Shown in pieces: positions 35,793 to 45,956 of a stretch of 64,000 nucleotides of DNA (within the stretch, counting starts at the first letter, position 1; each line of letters begins with the position of its first letter). The notes under the pieces are model-generated. The model made no database searches and was not told where the DNA came from. It saw nothing but the letters and a program-made list of their open reading frames with translations. This stretch comes from Candidatus Dormiibacterota bacterium (GTDB lineage: Bacteria > Chloroflexota > Dormibacteria > Aeolococcales > Bog-877), in contig DAHWNZ010000004.1 of NCBI GenBank assembly GCA_027339635.1, positions 12,348 through 76,347 on the forward strand, given 5' to 3'. Position numbers and translations under genes: made by a program.

Positions 35793-38227
35793 GAGGCCAC
35801 GATATCCGTCCGTTGCGGCCTCCCTCGCATCGCCAACCAGACCTGAGCCGGCGTCAACGGCATGTCCGCGTGCCTGACCCCGAACGGCTCCAGAGCGTCG
35901 ATCACGGCGTTGACCACGGCCGGGGGCGAGCCCACCGTCGCGGACTCCCCCACTCCCTTGAGCCCGAGCGGGTGGTGCGGCGAAGGGGTGACGGTCTCAC
36001 CGAGCTCCCAGCTCGGGCACTCCATCGAAGTGGGCAACAGGTAGTCCATGAAGGACGAGCCCATGCAGACGCCACTCTCGTCGAAGGCGATGACCTCCAT
36101 GAGAGCCATGCCCACGCCGTCCGCGAGGCCGCCGTGCACCTGTCCCTCCACGATCATGGGGTTGACCCGCGGGCCACAGTCATCGACTGCGATGAAGCGC
36201 TCCACCGTGACCTTGCCGGTGCCCGGGTCCAGGTCCACCACGCAGATGTAGGCTCCGTAGGGATACGTCAGGTTCGGCGGGTCGTACACCACGGACGCAT
36301 CCAGGTGACCCTCCACTCCGTCGGGCAGTTCCAGGGTCCCGTGGGCCAGCATCGCTATCTCTTGAATGGTCTTTCCCTTGCCGGGATCTCCCTTCACCTG
36401 CCAGCGACCCAGCTCCCACTCCAGGTCCTCGGTCGAGCACTCCAGGGCTGCGGCGGCCACGATCCGGGCCTTGTCGCGAACCCTCCTGGCCACGACCGCC
36501 GCCGCCGCTCCCGAGACCGGCGTGGAGCGGGAGCCGTAGGTCCCGAGCCCAAACGGGGTGTTGTCGGTGTCGCCGTGGATCACCTCGATGTCCTCGGGCG
36601 GGATGCCGAGTTCGTGAGACACGATCTGGGCGAACGTGGTCTCATGACCCTGCCCCTGGGTCTGCACCGAAAGCCTGAGCTGACCCTTGCCCGTCGGATG
36701 GACCCGCAACTCGCAGCCATCGGCCATCCCCAGCCCCAGGATGTCCATGTGCTTCTTGGGGCCGGCCCCGACACCTTCCGTGAAAAAACTCAAGCCGATG
36801 CCCATCAGGTGCTCGCCTCCGGCCTCCGGGTGCTCGGGAGAGCCGCCGGCCTCCCGCCAGCGGCGGCGCCCCTCCTCCTGGCGCTTGCGCAACCCCTCAT
36901 AATCCGCCTTCTCCAGGGCCAGGTCCAGGGTCCGCCGGTAATCTCCCGAGTCGTACTCCCAGCCGGTCTTGTTCACGTAGGGGAACTGCTCCGGGCGCAG
37001 CAGGTTCTGGCGGCGCAGCGCGGCGGGATCCACCTTCAGCTCATCGGCCAAGACCTCGACCATCCGCTCCACCAGATAGACGGCTTCGGTGATTCGGAAC
37101 GAGCAGGCGTAGGCCACGCCCCCCGGTGCCTTGTTGGTGTAGACGCCCGTGACCTCGCAGTGGGCCGCCTCCAGGTCGTAGCTCCCGGGAAAGATGTGGA
37201 AGAAGCCGGCCGGGAACTTGGTGGGCTGAGCGGTGCCGTTGAAGGCACCGTGGTCGGCCAGCACCTTGACCCGCAACCCCAGAATCCGGCCCTCCTTGGT
37301 GGCCGCTATCTCCCCATGCATGTGGTAGTCGCGAGCGAAGGAGGTGGAGGTGAGGTTCTCGGAGCGGTCCTCAACCCACTTGACGGGACGCCCGGTGACG
37401 ATCGAACCGACCACGGCGAGGACGTAGCCGGGGTATATGCCCACCTTGTTGCCGAATCCACCCCCTATGTCGGGAGATATGATCCGCACCTTGTGCTCCG
37501 GGATCCCCGCCACCAAGGCGTAGAGGGTGCGGTGAGCGTGAGGTGCCTGGGTGGTAGACCACGCCGTCAACTGGCCGCTCACCTTGTCCATCCAAGCGAT
37601 GCTTCCACAGGTCTCCATCGGCGCTGGGTGGACCCTGGGGTAGAGCATGTCCTGCGCCACCACCACGTCGGCTCCGGCAAAGACCCGGTCGGTCGCCTGG
37701 CGGTCGCCCGCCTCCCAATCGAAGATGTGGTTGTCCCGCTTGCCTTCGATGTCGTCACGAATCACGGGAGCGCCTGGGTCCAGCGCCCTGCGGGCGTCGA
37801 CCACCGCGTCCAGAGGCTCGTATTCGACCGCTATCAGCTCCAGGGCGTCCCTGGCGGAGTACCTGTCCTCCGCCACCACGAAGGCGACCTCCTGGCCGAA
37901 GAAGCGCACCTTGTCGGTGGCCAAGACCGCCTGGACGTCGTGGGAGAGGGTTGGCATCCAGGCGAGCTTGAGTGACTCCAGGATCTTCCCCGTGATCACC
38001 GCGCGCACCTTCGGGTGGGCCTCAGCCAAGGAGGTGTCGATGGAGACGATGCGCGCGTGCGCGTGGGGGCTGCGCAGGATCGCCCCGTACAGCATCCCGG
38101 GCAGCTGGATGTCATCCAGGTACTTCCCCTTGCCGCGCAGGAACCGAGCATCCTCCTTGCGCAGCATCCTGCCGAAGCCGATCGGGTTTCCGGCGGGACT
38201 GGTCGGCGCCGCTGCGACACTTGTCAT
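35789..38227 (-). CDS. coxL: Aerobic CO dehydrogenase large (molybdopterin) subunit, form-I-type active-site loop
   Basis: Active-site loop VAYACSFR (AYxCSFR, Cys-containing). About 810 aa. ATG 38227 overlaps the coxS stop (ATGA). Confidence 0.88.
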   Translation of the reverse strand: MTSVAAAPTSPAGNPIGFGRMLRKEDARFLRGKGKYLDDIQLPGMLYGAILRSPHAHARIVSIDTSLAEAHPKVRAVITGKILESLKLAWMPTLSHDVQAVLATDKVRFFGQEVAFVVAEDRYSARDALELIAVEYEPLDAVVDARRALDPGAPVIRDDIEGKRDNHIFDWEAGDRQATDRVFAGADVVVAQDMLYPRVHPAPMETCGSIAWMDKVSGQLTAWSTTQAPHAHRTLYALVAGIPEHKVRIISPDIGGGFGNKVGIYPGYVLAVVGSIVTGRPVKWVEDRSENLTSTSFARDYHMHGEIAATKEGRILGLRVKVLADHGAFNGTAQPTKFPAGFFHIFPGSYDLEAAHCEVTGVYTNKAPGGVAYACSFRITEAVYLVERMVEVLADELKVDPAALRRQNLLRPEQFPYVNKTGWEYDSGDYRRTLDLALEKADYEGLRKRQEEGRRRWREAGGSPEHPEAGGEHLMGIGLSFFTEGVGAGPKKHMDILGLGMADGCELRVHPTGKGQLRLSVQTQGQGHETTFAQIVSHELGIPPEDIEVIHGDTDNTPFGLGTYGSRSTPVSGAAAAVVARRVRDKARIVAAAALECSTEDLEWELGRWQVKGDPGKGKTIQEIAMLAHGTLELPDGVEGHLDASVVYDPPNLTYPYGAYICVVDLDPGTGKVTVERFIAVDDCGPRVNPMIVEGQVHGGLADGVGMALMEVIAFDESGVCMGSSFMDYLLPTSMECPSWELGETVTPSPHHPLGLKGVGESATVGSPPAVVNAVIDALEPFGVRHADMPLTPAQVWLAMRGRPQRTDIVAS

Positions 38228-38700
38228 TGGACTGCCCCCTGGGGTTGGTGGGTGGCCGCCCACCTCACTGCCCGAACGATGTTCTCGTAGCCGGTGCAGC
38301 GGCATATCTGCCCGGAGATGGCCTCCCGAATCTCGGCCTCAGTGGGGTCGGGGCTGCGGTCCAGCAGCCAGCGGGCGGTCATCATCATCCCTGGGGTGCA
38401 AAATCCACACTGCAGGCCATGCTCTTGCATGAATCCCTCCTGAACCGGGTCCAGGCCAGCGGCTCCCTCCAGGTCCTCCACGGTGCGCACCTCTCGCCCG
38501 TCCGCCATCACCGCCAGAACGGTGCAGCTCTTGACCGGCTTGCCGTCCATCCAGAGCACGCAGGTGCCACAGTTGGAGGTATCACACCCCCAATGGGTGC
38601 CCGTCAGGCCCAGGTTGTCGCGAATGAAATGGACGAGCAGGAGGCGGGGCTCGACCTCGCCGGTAACGGACTCTCCATTGACGGTCATGGTCACCTTCAT
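38224..38700 (-). CDS. coxS: CO dehydrogenase small [2Fe-2S] subunit
   Basis: CDTSNCGTC and CGFCTPG cluster motifs. 158 aa. ATG 38700 overlaps the coxM stop (ATGA). The track ORF 38224..39228 is over-extended. Confidence 0.9.
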   Translation of the reverse strand: MKVTMTVNGESVTGEVEPRLLLVHFIRDNLGLTGTHWGCDTSNCGTCVLWMDGKPVKSCTVLAVMADGREVRTVEDLEGAAGLDPVQEGFMQEHGLQCGFCTPGMMMTARWLLDRSPDPTEAEIREAISGQICRCTGYENIVRAVRWAATHQPQGAVQ

Positions 38701-39578
38701 GCCCCCAGCCCTCCCGCTCGTGCCCGGTCCACCGCCCGCACCAGCGATCTCTTGGTCAACTCCGCCACCAGGTAGCGCTTGTACTCCTGCGGGCCCCTTT
38801 GGTCCGTCTGGGGCCGGCTGTGCTCCGCCGCCAGTTGAGCAGCGGTCGCCAGATCGTCCGAACTGGGGGGCCGACCCATGAGACGGGCCTCCGCCTCCGG
38901 GGCGGCGAATTGACGTGCGTTGACCGCGGCCAGGCCGATCCCCACCTGGGAGATGCGGTCGCCGTCTAGGGTCACGCAGCATCCCACGGCCGCGACCGCC
39001 CAGTCGCCGGTGCGCCTCTCGACCTTCTCGTAAGCGCTGCCCTGGCCAGGGCGCAGCGGAATGCGGACCTCGGTCAACATCTCGCTGGGACCCAAAACCG
39101 TCTCGAAAGGTCCCTGGTAGAACTCCCGCGCCGGCACCCGTCGCGAGCCCCCAGAGGAGCGAACGACCAACTCGGCGCCCAGGGCGCAGACGACCGCGGC
39201 GAGGTCCTCGGCTGGGTCTCCCTGGCAAAGAGAGCCGCCGATGGTCCCCCGGTTGCGGACGATGGGGTCGGCGATGACACGTTCCGCATCCGCAAAGATC
39301 GGCAGGTTCCTTCCCAAAAGCGGGGAGGCCAGAAGGTCCGCGTGGCGGGCCATCGCCCCGATGGCGATTTCGCCGCCGTCCAGCCGGATGTGGTCCAGGT
39401 CCGGAATGTCATTGATGTCCACCAGCCGTTCAGGACGGGCGAGCCGCAACTTCATCATCGGAAGAAGGCTGTGCCCTCCCGCGATCAGGCGGGTGTCCGG
39501 GCCGTACCGCTCTAGCAGGGCCAGCGCCGACTCGACGCTGCTTGCACGGCTGTACTCAAACGGAGCGGGTGTCTGCAT
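38697..39578 (-). CDS. coxM: CO dehydrogenase medium FAD-binding subunit
   Basis: FAD-binding PCMH fold. LIAGGHSLLPMMKLRLARP, GTIGGSLCQGDPAEDL. Confidence 0.88.
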   Translation of the reverse strand: MQTPAPFEYSRASSVESALALLERYGPDTRLIAGGHSLLPMMKLRLARPERLVDINDIPDLDHIRLDGGEIAIGAMARHADLLASPLLGRNLPIFADAERVIADPIVRNRGTIGGSLCQGDPAEDLAAVVCALGAELVVRSSGGSRRVPAREFYQGPFETVLGPSEMLTEVRIPLRPGQGSAYEKVERRTGDWAVAAVGCCVTLDGDRISQVGIGLAAVNARQFAAPEAEARLMGRPPSSDDLATAAQLAAEHSRPQTDQRGPQEYKRYLVAELTKRSLVRAVDRARAGGLGA

Positions 39579-39769
39579 ATCCCCTCCTTATCGTCGAGCG
39601 CCTAGACTAGCAATGTGGGTGAGTCTACTCTCCGCCACGAGTCCAGGGGAAGCGGGGATTTTGGGGTGCGATCCTTCGCCCGCCACGGCCTCCCCACCCT
39701 CCCCGGGGCACTCGCCGCGTCCAACCTTGAGTCGCCTGGAGCCTGCGCTCGAGGCGGCAGGATCAGCCG

Positions 39770-40969
39770 GTGAGGGAAGTAATCGAGGACATCGACAGGT
39801 GGCGCGCCACCGGGCGCCGAGCCGCTCTGGCCAGAGTGGTGGGGGTGGAGGGCTCCGGGCCGAGGGACCCCGGCGCGACGATGGCGGTCTCGGAAGACGG
39901 GGAGGTTTCCGGGTCGGTCTCGGGTGGCTGTGTGGAAGGGGCGGTCGTGGAAGCCGCCCTGGAGGCGCTGCAGCGCGACGCCGCACCCCGGGTCATCAGC
40001 TTCGGCTACTCGGACGCTCAGGCGTTCACGGTTGGCTTGACCTGTGGTGGCACCATCCACATCCTGGTCGACCCCCGCATCCCCCCCTCCTACCAGGAGT
40101 TGAGGGCCGCCCTGCTTGCCGCAGATCCCGTGGCCCTGGCGACGGTGGTCAGGTTGGAGCAGGGCGGGGAAGGTGTGGAACTGGCCGAGGGCGCCTCCAT
40201 CCCCATCAGGGGAGGGCGCACCGGCGTCGGAGCATCCATCCTGGTCCTACCCGACAACGGCGTGCGCGGTTCTCTGGGCAACCCGGACCTGGACCGGGTG
40301 GTGGCCCGCGATGCCGCGGGGGCCCTGGCCAGCGGGCAGTCCGGCTTTCGCCACTACGGGCTCGCGGGCGAGGCCCAGCGGGAGTCGGTGACCGTCCTGG
40401 TGGAGGCGTTCGCGCCCCCGCCCCGCATGGTGATCTTTGGGGCGGTCGACTTCACGGCCTCCCTGGCCCGGGTGGCCAAGGTTCTGGGCTACCGGGTCAC
40501 GGTCTGCGACGCCCGGTCCACCTTCGCCACGACGGCCAGATTCCCGATGGCCGACGAGGTCGTCTGCTCGTGGCCCCACACCTACCTCGACTCCCTTCAT
40601 CCTCCGCTGGAACAACGCGACGCCATCTGCGTGCTGACCCATGACCCCAAGTTCGACATCCCCGCCCTGCGGTCCGCCCTCGCCACCAGGGCTGGATATC
40701 TGGGAGCTCTTGGTTCCCGCCGAACCCACGAGGAACGCAGTCGAGCGCTGGTGGACGCCGGCGTCGACGAGCATGCCCTGACCCGGATCATGGGGCCGAT
40801 CGGGATCGACATCGGAGCGCGCACCCCGGAGGAGACGGCGATCTCCATCTGCGCCGAGATAATCGCCCTGCGCACCGGCAGGCCGGCGCCGTTCCTGCGG
40901 GATGGCGCGGGCGCCATTCACCGCGGCGGCTGGCAGCAGATGGGCGGCAAGGCTGCGGCTGGCGGCTAG
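39770..40969 (+). CDS. XdhC/CoxI-family molybdoenzyme maturation protein
   Basis: ALARVVGVEGSGPRDPGATMAV...SGSVSGGCVE; Rossmann MVIFGAVDF; GALGSRRTH. GTG start. Confidence 0.8.
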   Translation: MREVIEDIDRWRATGRRAALARVVGVEGSGPRDPGATMAVSEDGEVSGSVSGGCVEGAVVEAALEALQRDAAPRVISFGYSDAQAFTVGLTCGGTIHILVDPRIPPSYQELRAALLAADPVALATVVRLEQGGEGVELAEGASIPIRGGRTGVGASILVLPDNGVRGSLGNPDLDRVVARDAAGALASGQSGFRHYGLAGEAQRESVTVLVEAFAPPPRMVIFGAVDFTASLARVAKVLGYRVTVCDARSTFATTARFPMADEVVCSWPHTYLDSLHPPLEQRDAICVLTHDPKFDIPALRSALATRAGYLGALGSRRTHEERSRALVDAGVDEHALTRIMGPIGIDIGARTPEETAISICAEIIALRTGRPAPFLRDGAGAIHRGGWQQMGGKAAAGG

Positions 40970-40970
40970 C

Positions 40971-41540
40971 ATGACCAGCTGTGCGATCCTGCTCGCGGCC
41001 GGGCGTTCCAGCCGGTTTCGCGCTCCTGGATCCAAGCTCCTGGCCGAGTTCCGAGGGCGCCCCCTGGTGCAGTGGGCCATGTTGGCCGCTTCCAACTCCG
41101 GATGCGATGACGTCGCGGTCGTGGATGGAGCGATCGACCTGAGCCCAGCTCTGCTCCCGGAGCTGACCCTGCTCCACAATCAGGACTGGGCCAGGGGGCA
41201 GGCCAGCTCTCTGCAGATGGGATTGGCCTGGGCCAAAAGCCGCGGTCATTCTCAGGCGCTGGTAGGCCTGGGGGATCAGCCGCTGGTCACCTCGTCCGCC
41301 TGGGATGCGGTGAGGCTCGCACCGGCCGCCGCCATCGTGGCAGCAACCTATCAGGGGCGGCGCGGCCACCCTGTGAGACTTTCAGAGCAGGTGTGGGACC
41401 TCCTCCCGAGAGACCAAGACTTCGGAGCCCGAGAGTTGATGCGGGCCCATCCGGAGATGGTGGTGGAGATCGAGTGCCCAGGCAACCCGGCAGATGTGGA
41501 CACGATCGAGGACCTCGAGCGCCACCGCCTCGGCCTCTGA
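40971..41540 (+). CDS. mocA: Molybdenum cofactor cytidylyltransferase (MocA-like nucleotidyltransferase)
   Basis: CAILLAAGRSSRF, GLGDQPLV. ATG lies 2 nt after the xdhC stop. Confidence 0.75.
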   Translation: MTSCAILLAAGRSSRFRAPGSKLLAEFRGRPLVQWAMLAASNSGCDDVAVVDGAIDLSPALLPELTLLHNQDWARGQASSLQMGLAWAKSRGHSQALVGLGDQPLVTSSAWDAVRLAPAAAIVAATYQGRRGHPVRLSEQVWDLLPRDQDFGARELMRAHPEMVVEIECPGNPADVDTIEDLERHRLGL

Positions 41541-41655
41541 TCGCGCGCGTTTCCAGCCGGTGTTGGCGCCGGACCCCGGGCCCAGGTGCGTCGGCGAGCG
41601 GCGGGGCAGGAATGCGATCATGGCGGCTCCACCCGGTTGCTGGAGGTGTTCGCCG

Positions 41656-42267
41656 ATGCTGTTGGAAAATTCCCTGGAGCTGGCCATGCCGCCCGACGAG
41701 CTAATGCCACTCCTGGAGGACTTAGAGCGGATCGCACCGTGCCTGCCCGGCGCCAGCATCACAGAGCGGGTGGACGAAAGCAGCTACAAGGGGAGGGTCA
41801 CCGTGAAGGTCGGACCGGTGACGGTCCGCTACGAGGGCACCATGACCATCCTGGAGGTGGACCGCCAAGCGCGCCGGATGGTGATGCGTGGCGAGGGCAG
41901 AGACCCCCAGGGAGCGGGCAACGCCAAGGCCACCATCACCATGACCATTCTTCCCGGCCCCAGCGGAGGCTCGATCGGCACGATCCAGTCCGACGTCGCC
42001 ATCACCGGGAGGGTGGCCCAGTTCGGCCGCGGCCTCATGCAGGACGTGGCGGACCGTCTTCTGACCCAGTTCGCCCAGTGCATGGAGCGCACGCTGGCGG
42101 CACCTCCCGAAGCGCAACCGCCCACGCCCTCGTCCCCCCAAGGCTCGGCCCCGCCCGAAGCCGCCCCACCGCCTGTCAACAGCGCCCAGCCAGAGTCGGT
42201 GGGGATGCTTGGGATCCTTTTCAGCGTCCTTTGGAAGCGTCTGCGGGGGCTCTTCCGCAGCCGCTGA
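41656..42267 (+). CDS. coxG: SRPBCC-fold CoxG-family protein
   Basis: MLLENSLELAMPPDEL...SYKGRVTVKVGPVTVRYEGTMTI...ITGRVAQFGRGLMQDVADRLL. SD GGAGG at 41643-41647. Confidence 0.8.
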   Translation: MLLENSLELAMPPDELMPLLEDLERIAPCLPGASITERVDESSYKGRVTVKVGPVTVRYEGTMTILEVDRQARRMVMRGEGRDPQGAGNAKATITMTILPGPSGGSIGTIQSDVAITGRVAQFGRGLMQDVADRLLTQFAQCMERTLAAPPEAQPPTPSSPQGSAPPEAAPPPVNSAQPESVGMLGILFSVLWKRLRGLFRSR

Positions 42268-42632
42268 GCGCCCGGGCTGTAGGGGCCCCGAAGCGCTGGG
42301 CGCGGCGTGCTCTGCGCCGAACCCTTGGTGGCGCGCCTGAGGACGTCTCCCAGGACCAAACGTCCCCGGTGCGAAAGGCATGCTGTGAGCGCCGTGCCGC
42401 ACGTCGCGGGGGCGGCCGCGCTTGCATCGGTGGCGCGCGGCCGGTGCTGGAGCCGCGGATTCGGGCCTCGGGCCGTCAACTCCCGCCCGAGGTCGGCTGC
42501 TCGCCGGCCTCTGAGTATCGGTGGCAGCTCCGGCGTTAGGGATGACGTAGGGCCTTGTGGGCAACCCGGGGCGATGGCGGATCTTGGCCAAGGGGAGCGC
42601 GCAGGGAAGATCTCTCATGGGAGGAGCATCGA

Positions 42633-44129
42633 ATGACAACCCGAGCGCGGCTTCGGCCGCACACCTGGCGGCCGCTGGTCGCCATGGCAGGCCTCGCTGG
42701 CCTGGCGGTACTGGCGATCGGCTCGCTCGCGGGGACAGTGACGGCCAAGACGGAGTATCCCGCACCCACCCCCCTGTCGGCCCAGTTCCAGGGAGCCTTC
42801 GAGGCTGGTACCCAGGGTCCGCCTGGGGGCTCTTACTTCGGGGCCCGGGCCTTCGCCCCCAACTCCATGGAGGCGTCCTACGACTTGACTCCCCTCTACC
42901 AGCAGGGGCTTGAGGGTCAGGGCGAGACGATAGCGATCGTCGACTCCTTCGGCTACCCGCAGGTGGCCGCCGACCTCGAGACCTTCTCCGAGGGCTACAA
43001 CCTGCCGCTCATGTGCGGGATGCCGGGCGTCTCCTGCACCGCGGGCATGCCTTCCTTCAAGGTTCTCATGTTCGGAAACCACCAGGTGAAGGCACCCACT
43101 AGCAGCTCCAACAGCAACCCCTACGGGCCGAGCCAGGAACAGAGCAGCGGCTGGGTGGGCGAGGTCGCCCTCGACACCCAGTGGGCGCACGCCATAGCCC
43201 CGATGGCCAACATCCTCCTGGTGGTTGTGCCCACCGCCGAGACGCTTGGGGTGCAGGGCTTCCCCAACATGATGAATGCGGAGCAGTACGTCGTCGACAA
43301 CCACCTCGCCAACGTGGTGACCCAGAGCTTCGCCGCCAGCGAGGAGTCCTTCTCGAGCGTGCAGTCCCTGCTCAACCTGCGCCACGCCTTCATCAGCGGA
43401 ACCCAGCAGGGGATCACCTTCGTGGGCGCCGCCGGTGACTCCGGCACCGCCAACTCGACCAAGGCGCCCGTGGGGAAGGGCGGAGGCACGATCCCCTACC
43501 CGACCGTGAACTGGCCGGCATCGGACCCGCTGGTGACGGCCGCAGGAGGGACCAACCTCTGCACCAATCCGGCCACGGGAATCGGCATCGACGACAACAC
43601 GACCGGCACCTCGCCGTGTGACAACCTGACGCCGGCCCAGCACGACGTGGCTTGGAACGGCTCTGGGGGAGGCTTCAGCTCGATCTTCGCCAAGCCGGCG
43701 TACCAGGACAGCCTGCCGGCCGGGTCGACCCCCATCGGCGCCATGCGCGGCGTGCCTGACATCGCCTGGGATGCCTCCTGCTCAACCTTTGTCTGGGAGT
43801 ACATCTCGGCGACCGGCTTCACCCCCGGCTACTACGGAGTCTGCGGGACGTCGGCGGCGTCACCGCAGTTCGCGGCCATGGTCGCCCTAGCGGATCAGGA
43901 CGCGGGCACGAACCTCGGACTGGTCAACGTGTCCCTCTACCAATTGGCCAGCGGGCCCAACTACGGCAAGTACTTCTACGACATGACCACCGGCAACAAC
44001 CAGACCGATCCCACAATCCCCGGATACTCCGCCAGCACCGGCTGGGACCCCGTGACCGGCCTCGGGACGCCAGATGCGGCGAATCTGGTTCCCGCCCTGG
44101 CCAGCCTGGGCGAACACACCGCTCCCTGA
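42633..44129 (+). CDS. Secreted S53 (sedolisin)-family serine peptidase
   Basis: Signal peptide MTTRARL...AGTVTA. GETIAIVDSFGYPQ, catalytic Ser GTSAASPQFAAMVAL. Only a short segment precedes the catalytic domain. Confidence 0.78.
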   Translation: MTTRARLRPHTWRPLVAMAGLAGLAVLAIGSLAGTVTAKTEYPAPTPLSAQFQGAFEAGTQGPPGGSYFGARAFAPNSMEASYDLTPLYQQGLEGQGETIAIVDSFGYPQVAADLETFSEGYNLPLMCGMPGVSCTAGMPSFKVLMFGNHQVKAPTSSSNSNPYGPSQEQSSGWVGEVALDTQWAHAIAPMANILLVVVPTAETLGVQGFPNMMNAEQYVVDNHLANVVTQSFAASEESFSSVQSLLNLRHAFISGTQQGITFVGAAGDSGTANSTKAPVGKGGGTIPYPTVNWPASDPLVTAAGGTNLCTNPATGIGIDDNTTGTSPCDNLTPAQHDVAWNGSGGGFSSIFAKPAYQDSLPAGSTPIGAMRGVPDIAWDASCSTFVWEYISATGFTPGYYGVCGTSAASPQFAAMVALADQDAGTNLGLVNVSLYQLASGPNYGKYFYDMTTGNNQTDPTIPGYSASTGWDPVTGLGTPDAANLVPALASLGEHTAP

Positions 44130-44140
44130 ACCTCGCCGTC

Positions 44141-44174
44141 GAAAGCCCCGGGACTAGAGCGTCCCGGGGCTTTC
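44141..44174. terminator. Bidirectional hairpin terminator between convergent genes
   Basis: Perfect 14-bp stem GAAAGCCCCGGGAC / GTCCCGGGGCTTTC with a 6-nt loop, 12 nt after the S53 stop. A/T runs flank the stem. Confidence 0.7.
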
Positions 44175-44281
44175 ACCTCTCAGGGGTACGGCGCAGCGTG
44201 CGAGGACGACGCCGCCACCGCGGGGGCTGAGCAACCGCAGCCGGCGGCGGTAGCACGGCTCCTTGACGGATCTCGAGACGG

Positions 44282-45316
44282 TTAGCGCCGGGTGCTTCCC
44301 GCCGGCTCACTCAGGGCTGCGATGGAACGGACCCCGCGACGCTTGGCGGCGATGGCCGAGATGAGCTCCATGATGCAGCGGTTGGCGTTCTGAGCGGTCA
44401 GTTCCGCGGGATCGTTGGCCGGGGCCACCTCGACCACGTCCATGGCGACGACGGGAGTGTGGAGCGCCACCTGGCGTATCGCGCGCAGCAGGTCGGCGGG
44501 GTCCATGCCCCCGGGCTCCGGGGTCCCGGTACCCGGGGCGAACCCCGGGTCGAGCACGTCGATGTCGACCGATATGTAGATGAGCTCCGGTCCGTCCATA
44601 GCTTCGGCGACGGCCCGGCGGACCACCTCGGCCACCCCGAGTCTCCAGATCTCTTCCATCAGGTGCCAGCGAAGGCCCTGTTCGCGCATCCAGTCGAAGA
44701 CCGGCTTGGGGGGCCAATAGCCGCGCAGGCCGATCTGCACGAAGTTCCGACCCGGCACCGCCCCGGACTCGACCAGCCGCCGCATCGGAGTGCCGTGGGA
44801 GAGCGGATTCCCAAAGCTGGCCGCGGCGGTGTCGGCGTGAGCGTCGAAATGGACGATGCCGAGCTTGCCCCGCCCGACACAGTCGGCTACAGCCGTCGCC
44901 GCGGGCAGCGTGATGGAGTGGTCCCCCCCGATGATCACGGGGATGATCTCTCTAGAAGCCACCTGCTTGACCCTGTCGTAGATCGCCTGGTGGGATTCCA
45001 TGGTCTGCCCCGGAGGGCAGACGGCGTCGCCATAGTCGACGACCGTCAGCTCCTCAAAGGGGGCCACCTCTAGGTCAAGGTGCCACTCCGGGATCTGGTA
45101 GTTGGCGATTCGAACCGCTCGCGGGCCGAATCTGGCCCCCGGGCGATAGGTTGTGGAGTCGTCGAAGGGGGCCCCCAGGATGGCCACGTCGGGGCGCCAC
45201 TGGTCCAGCTCAGCCTCCTCGGATATGCCGACAACCTTGGAGAAGGTGGTCGGGCCCAGGTAGGCGGGGCCGTTCATCTGAGCCCTCAGGTGGGGCGGAA
45301 TCGAAGGCCTGGTCAT
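44282..45316 (-). CDS. Agmatinase-like ureohydrolase (arginase family)
   Basis: GGDHSITLP, VHFDAHADT, SVDIDVLDPGFAPGTGTPEPGG. ATG 45316 is preceded by GGAGGAG. Confidence 0.85.
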   Translation of the reverse strand: MTRPSIPPHLRAQMNGPAYLGPTTFSKVVGISEEAELDQWRPDVAILGAPFDDSTTYRPGARFGPRAVRIANYQIPEWHLDLEVAPFEELTVVDYGDAVCPPGQTMESHQAIYDRVKQVASREIIPVIIGGDHSITLPAATAVADCVGRGKLGIVHFDAHADTAAASFGNPLSHGTPMRRLVESGAVPGRNFVQIGLRGYWPPKPVFDWMREQGLRWHLMEEIWRLGVAEVVRRAVAEAMDGPELIYISVDIDVLDPGFAPGTGTPEPGGMDPADLLRAIRQVALHTPVVAMDVVEVAPANDPAELTAQNANRCIMELISAIAAKRRGVRSIAALSEPAGSTRR

Positions 45317-45420
45317 CGCAACTCCTCCGCTGCGACCGGGACGCCGCAGGGCGCCTGCCGGGAGCCGTTTGCATATAGCAGTCCGGCCGCCATTATCGTG
45401 GCCTGCAGCCGACCCTGGTG

Positions 45421-45933
45421 TCAGCCGCTGGGGGGCGAGGACTCCAGGCGCTCGACCCTGACCCTCCCCTCCAATCCCAGGTACACCGACATGATCCGCT
45501 CCAGGAGGTGTTCGAAGGCACTGGGGTCCCACCCCTCCACCAACTCCCGCAGCCGTTCCCTGTGGCGCTCCGCGATCTGCTCAACCACAACCCACCCTTC
45601 TGGGGTCAGCCGCAGCGAAACCCGCCGACGGTCCTCGCCCAGGGGGCAGCGCTCGATCAGGCCCGCCTGGACCAAGGCCTTGGCCAACACGGACGTGTGG
45701 GCCCGGCTGGAGGCCAGGTGGTCGACCAACTCCTGCTCCGCCAGGCCGCCGGGCCCGGCACCGCCCAGTACAAGTACCGCGTGATACCCCATGGGACTCA
45801 GGCCGAATTCACCAGCCGTGCTGTCCAACGCGGTCAGCGCCCTGCGGAAGATGTACCTCAGCTGACTGCGGAAGGCCAGCTGCTCGACCAGCTGGCGGTC
45901 AACCTCCGGGCCGGGCGGCCCCTCTGCGCTCAC
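45421..45933 (-). CDS. MarR-family transcriptional regulator
   Basis: Winged-helix LSPMGYHAVLVL...LVDHLASSRAHTSVLAKALVQAGLIER...DRRRVSLRLTPEG. Upstream of the ureohydrolase gene. Confidence 0.8.
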   Translation of the reverse strand: MSAEGPPGPEVDRQLVEQLAFRSQLRYIFRRALTALDSTAGEFGLSPMGYHAVLVLGGAGPGGLAEQELVDHLASSRAHTSVLAKALVQAGLIERCPLGEDRRRVSLRLTPEGWVVVEQIAERHRERLRELVEGWDPSAFEHLLERIMSVYLGLEGRVRVERLESSPPSG

Positions 45934-45956
45934 TGCCGCGCCGTGTCCTCCTCAGT

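Noticed and set aside
35735-37975. 746-aa ORF on the + strand across the coxL locus
   Set aside because: It is antisense to a gene with unmistakable CoxL motifs. Its translation is Arg/Gly/His/Pro-rich low complexity, typical of shadow ORFs in high-GC DNA.
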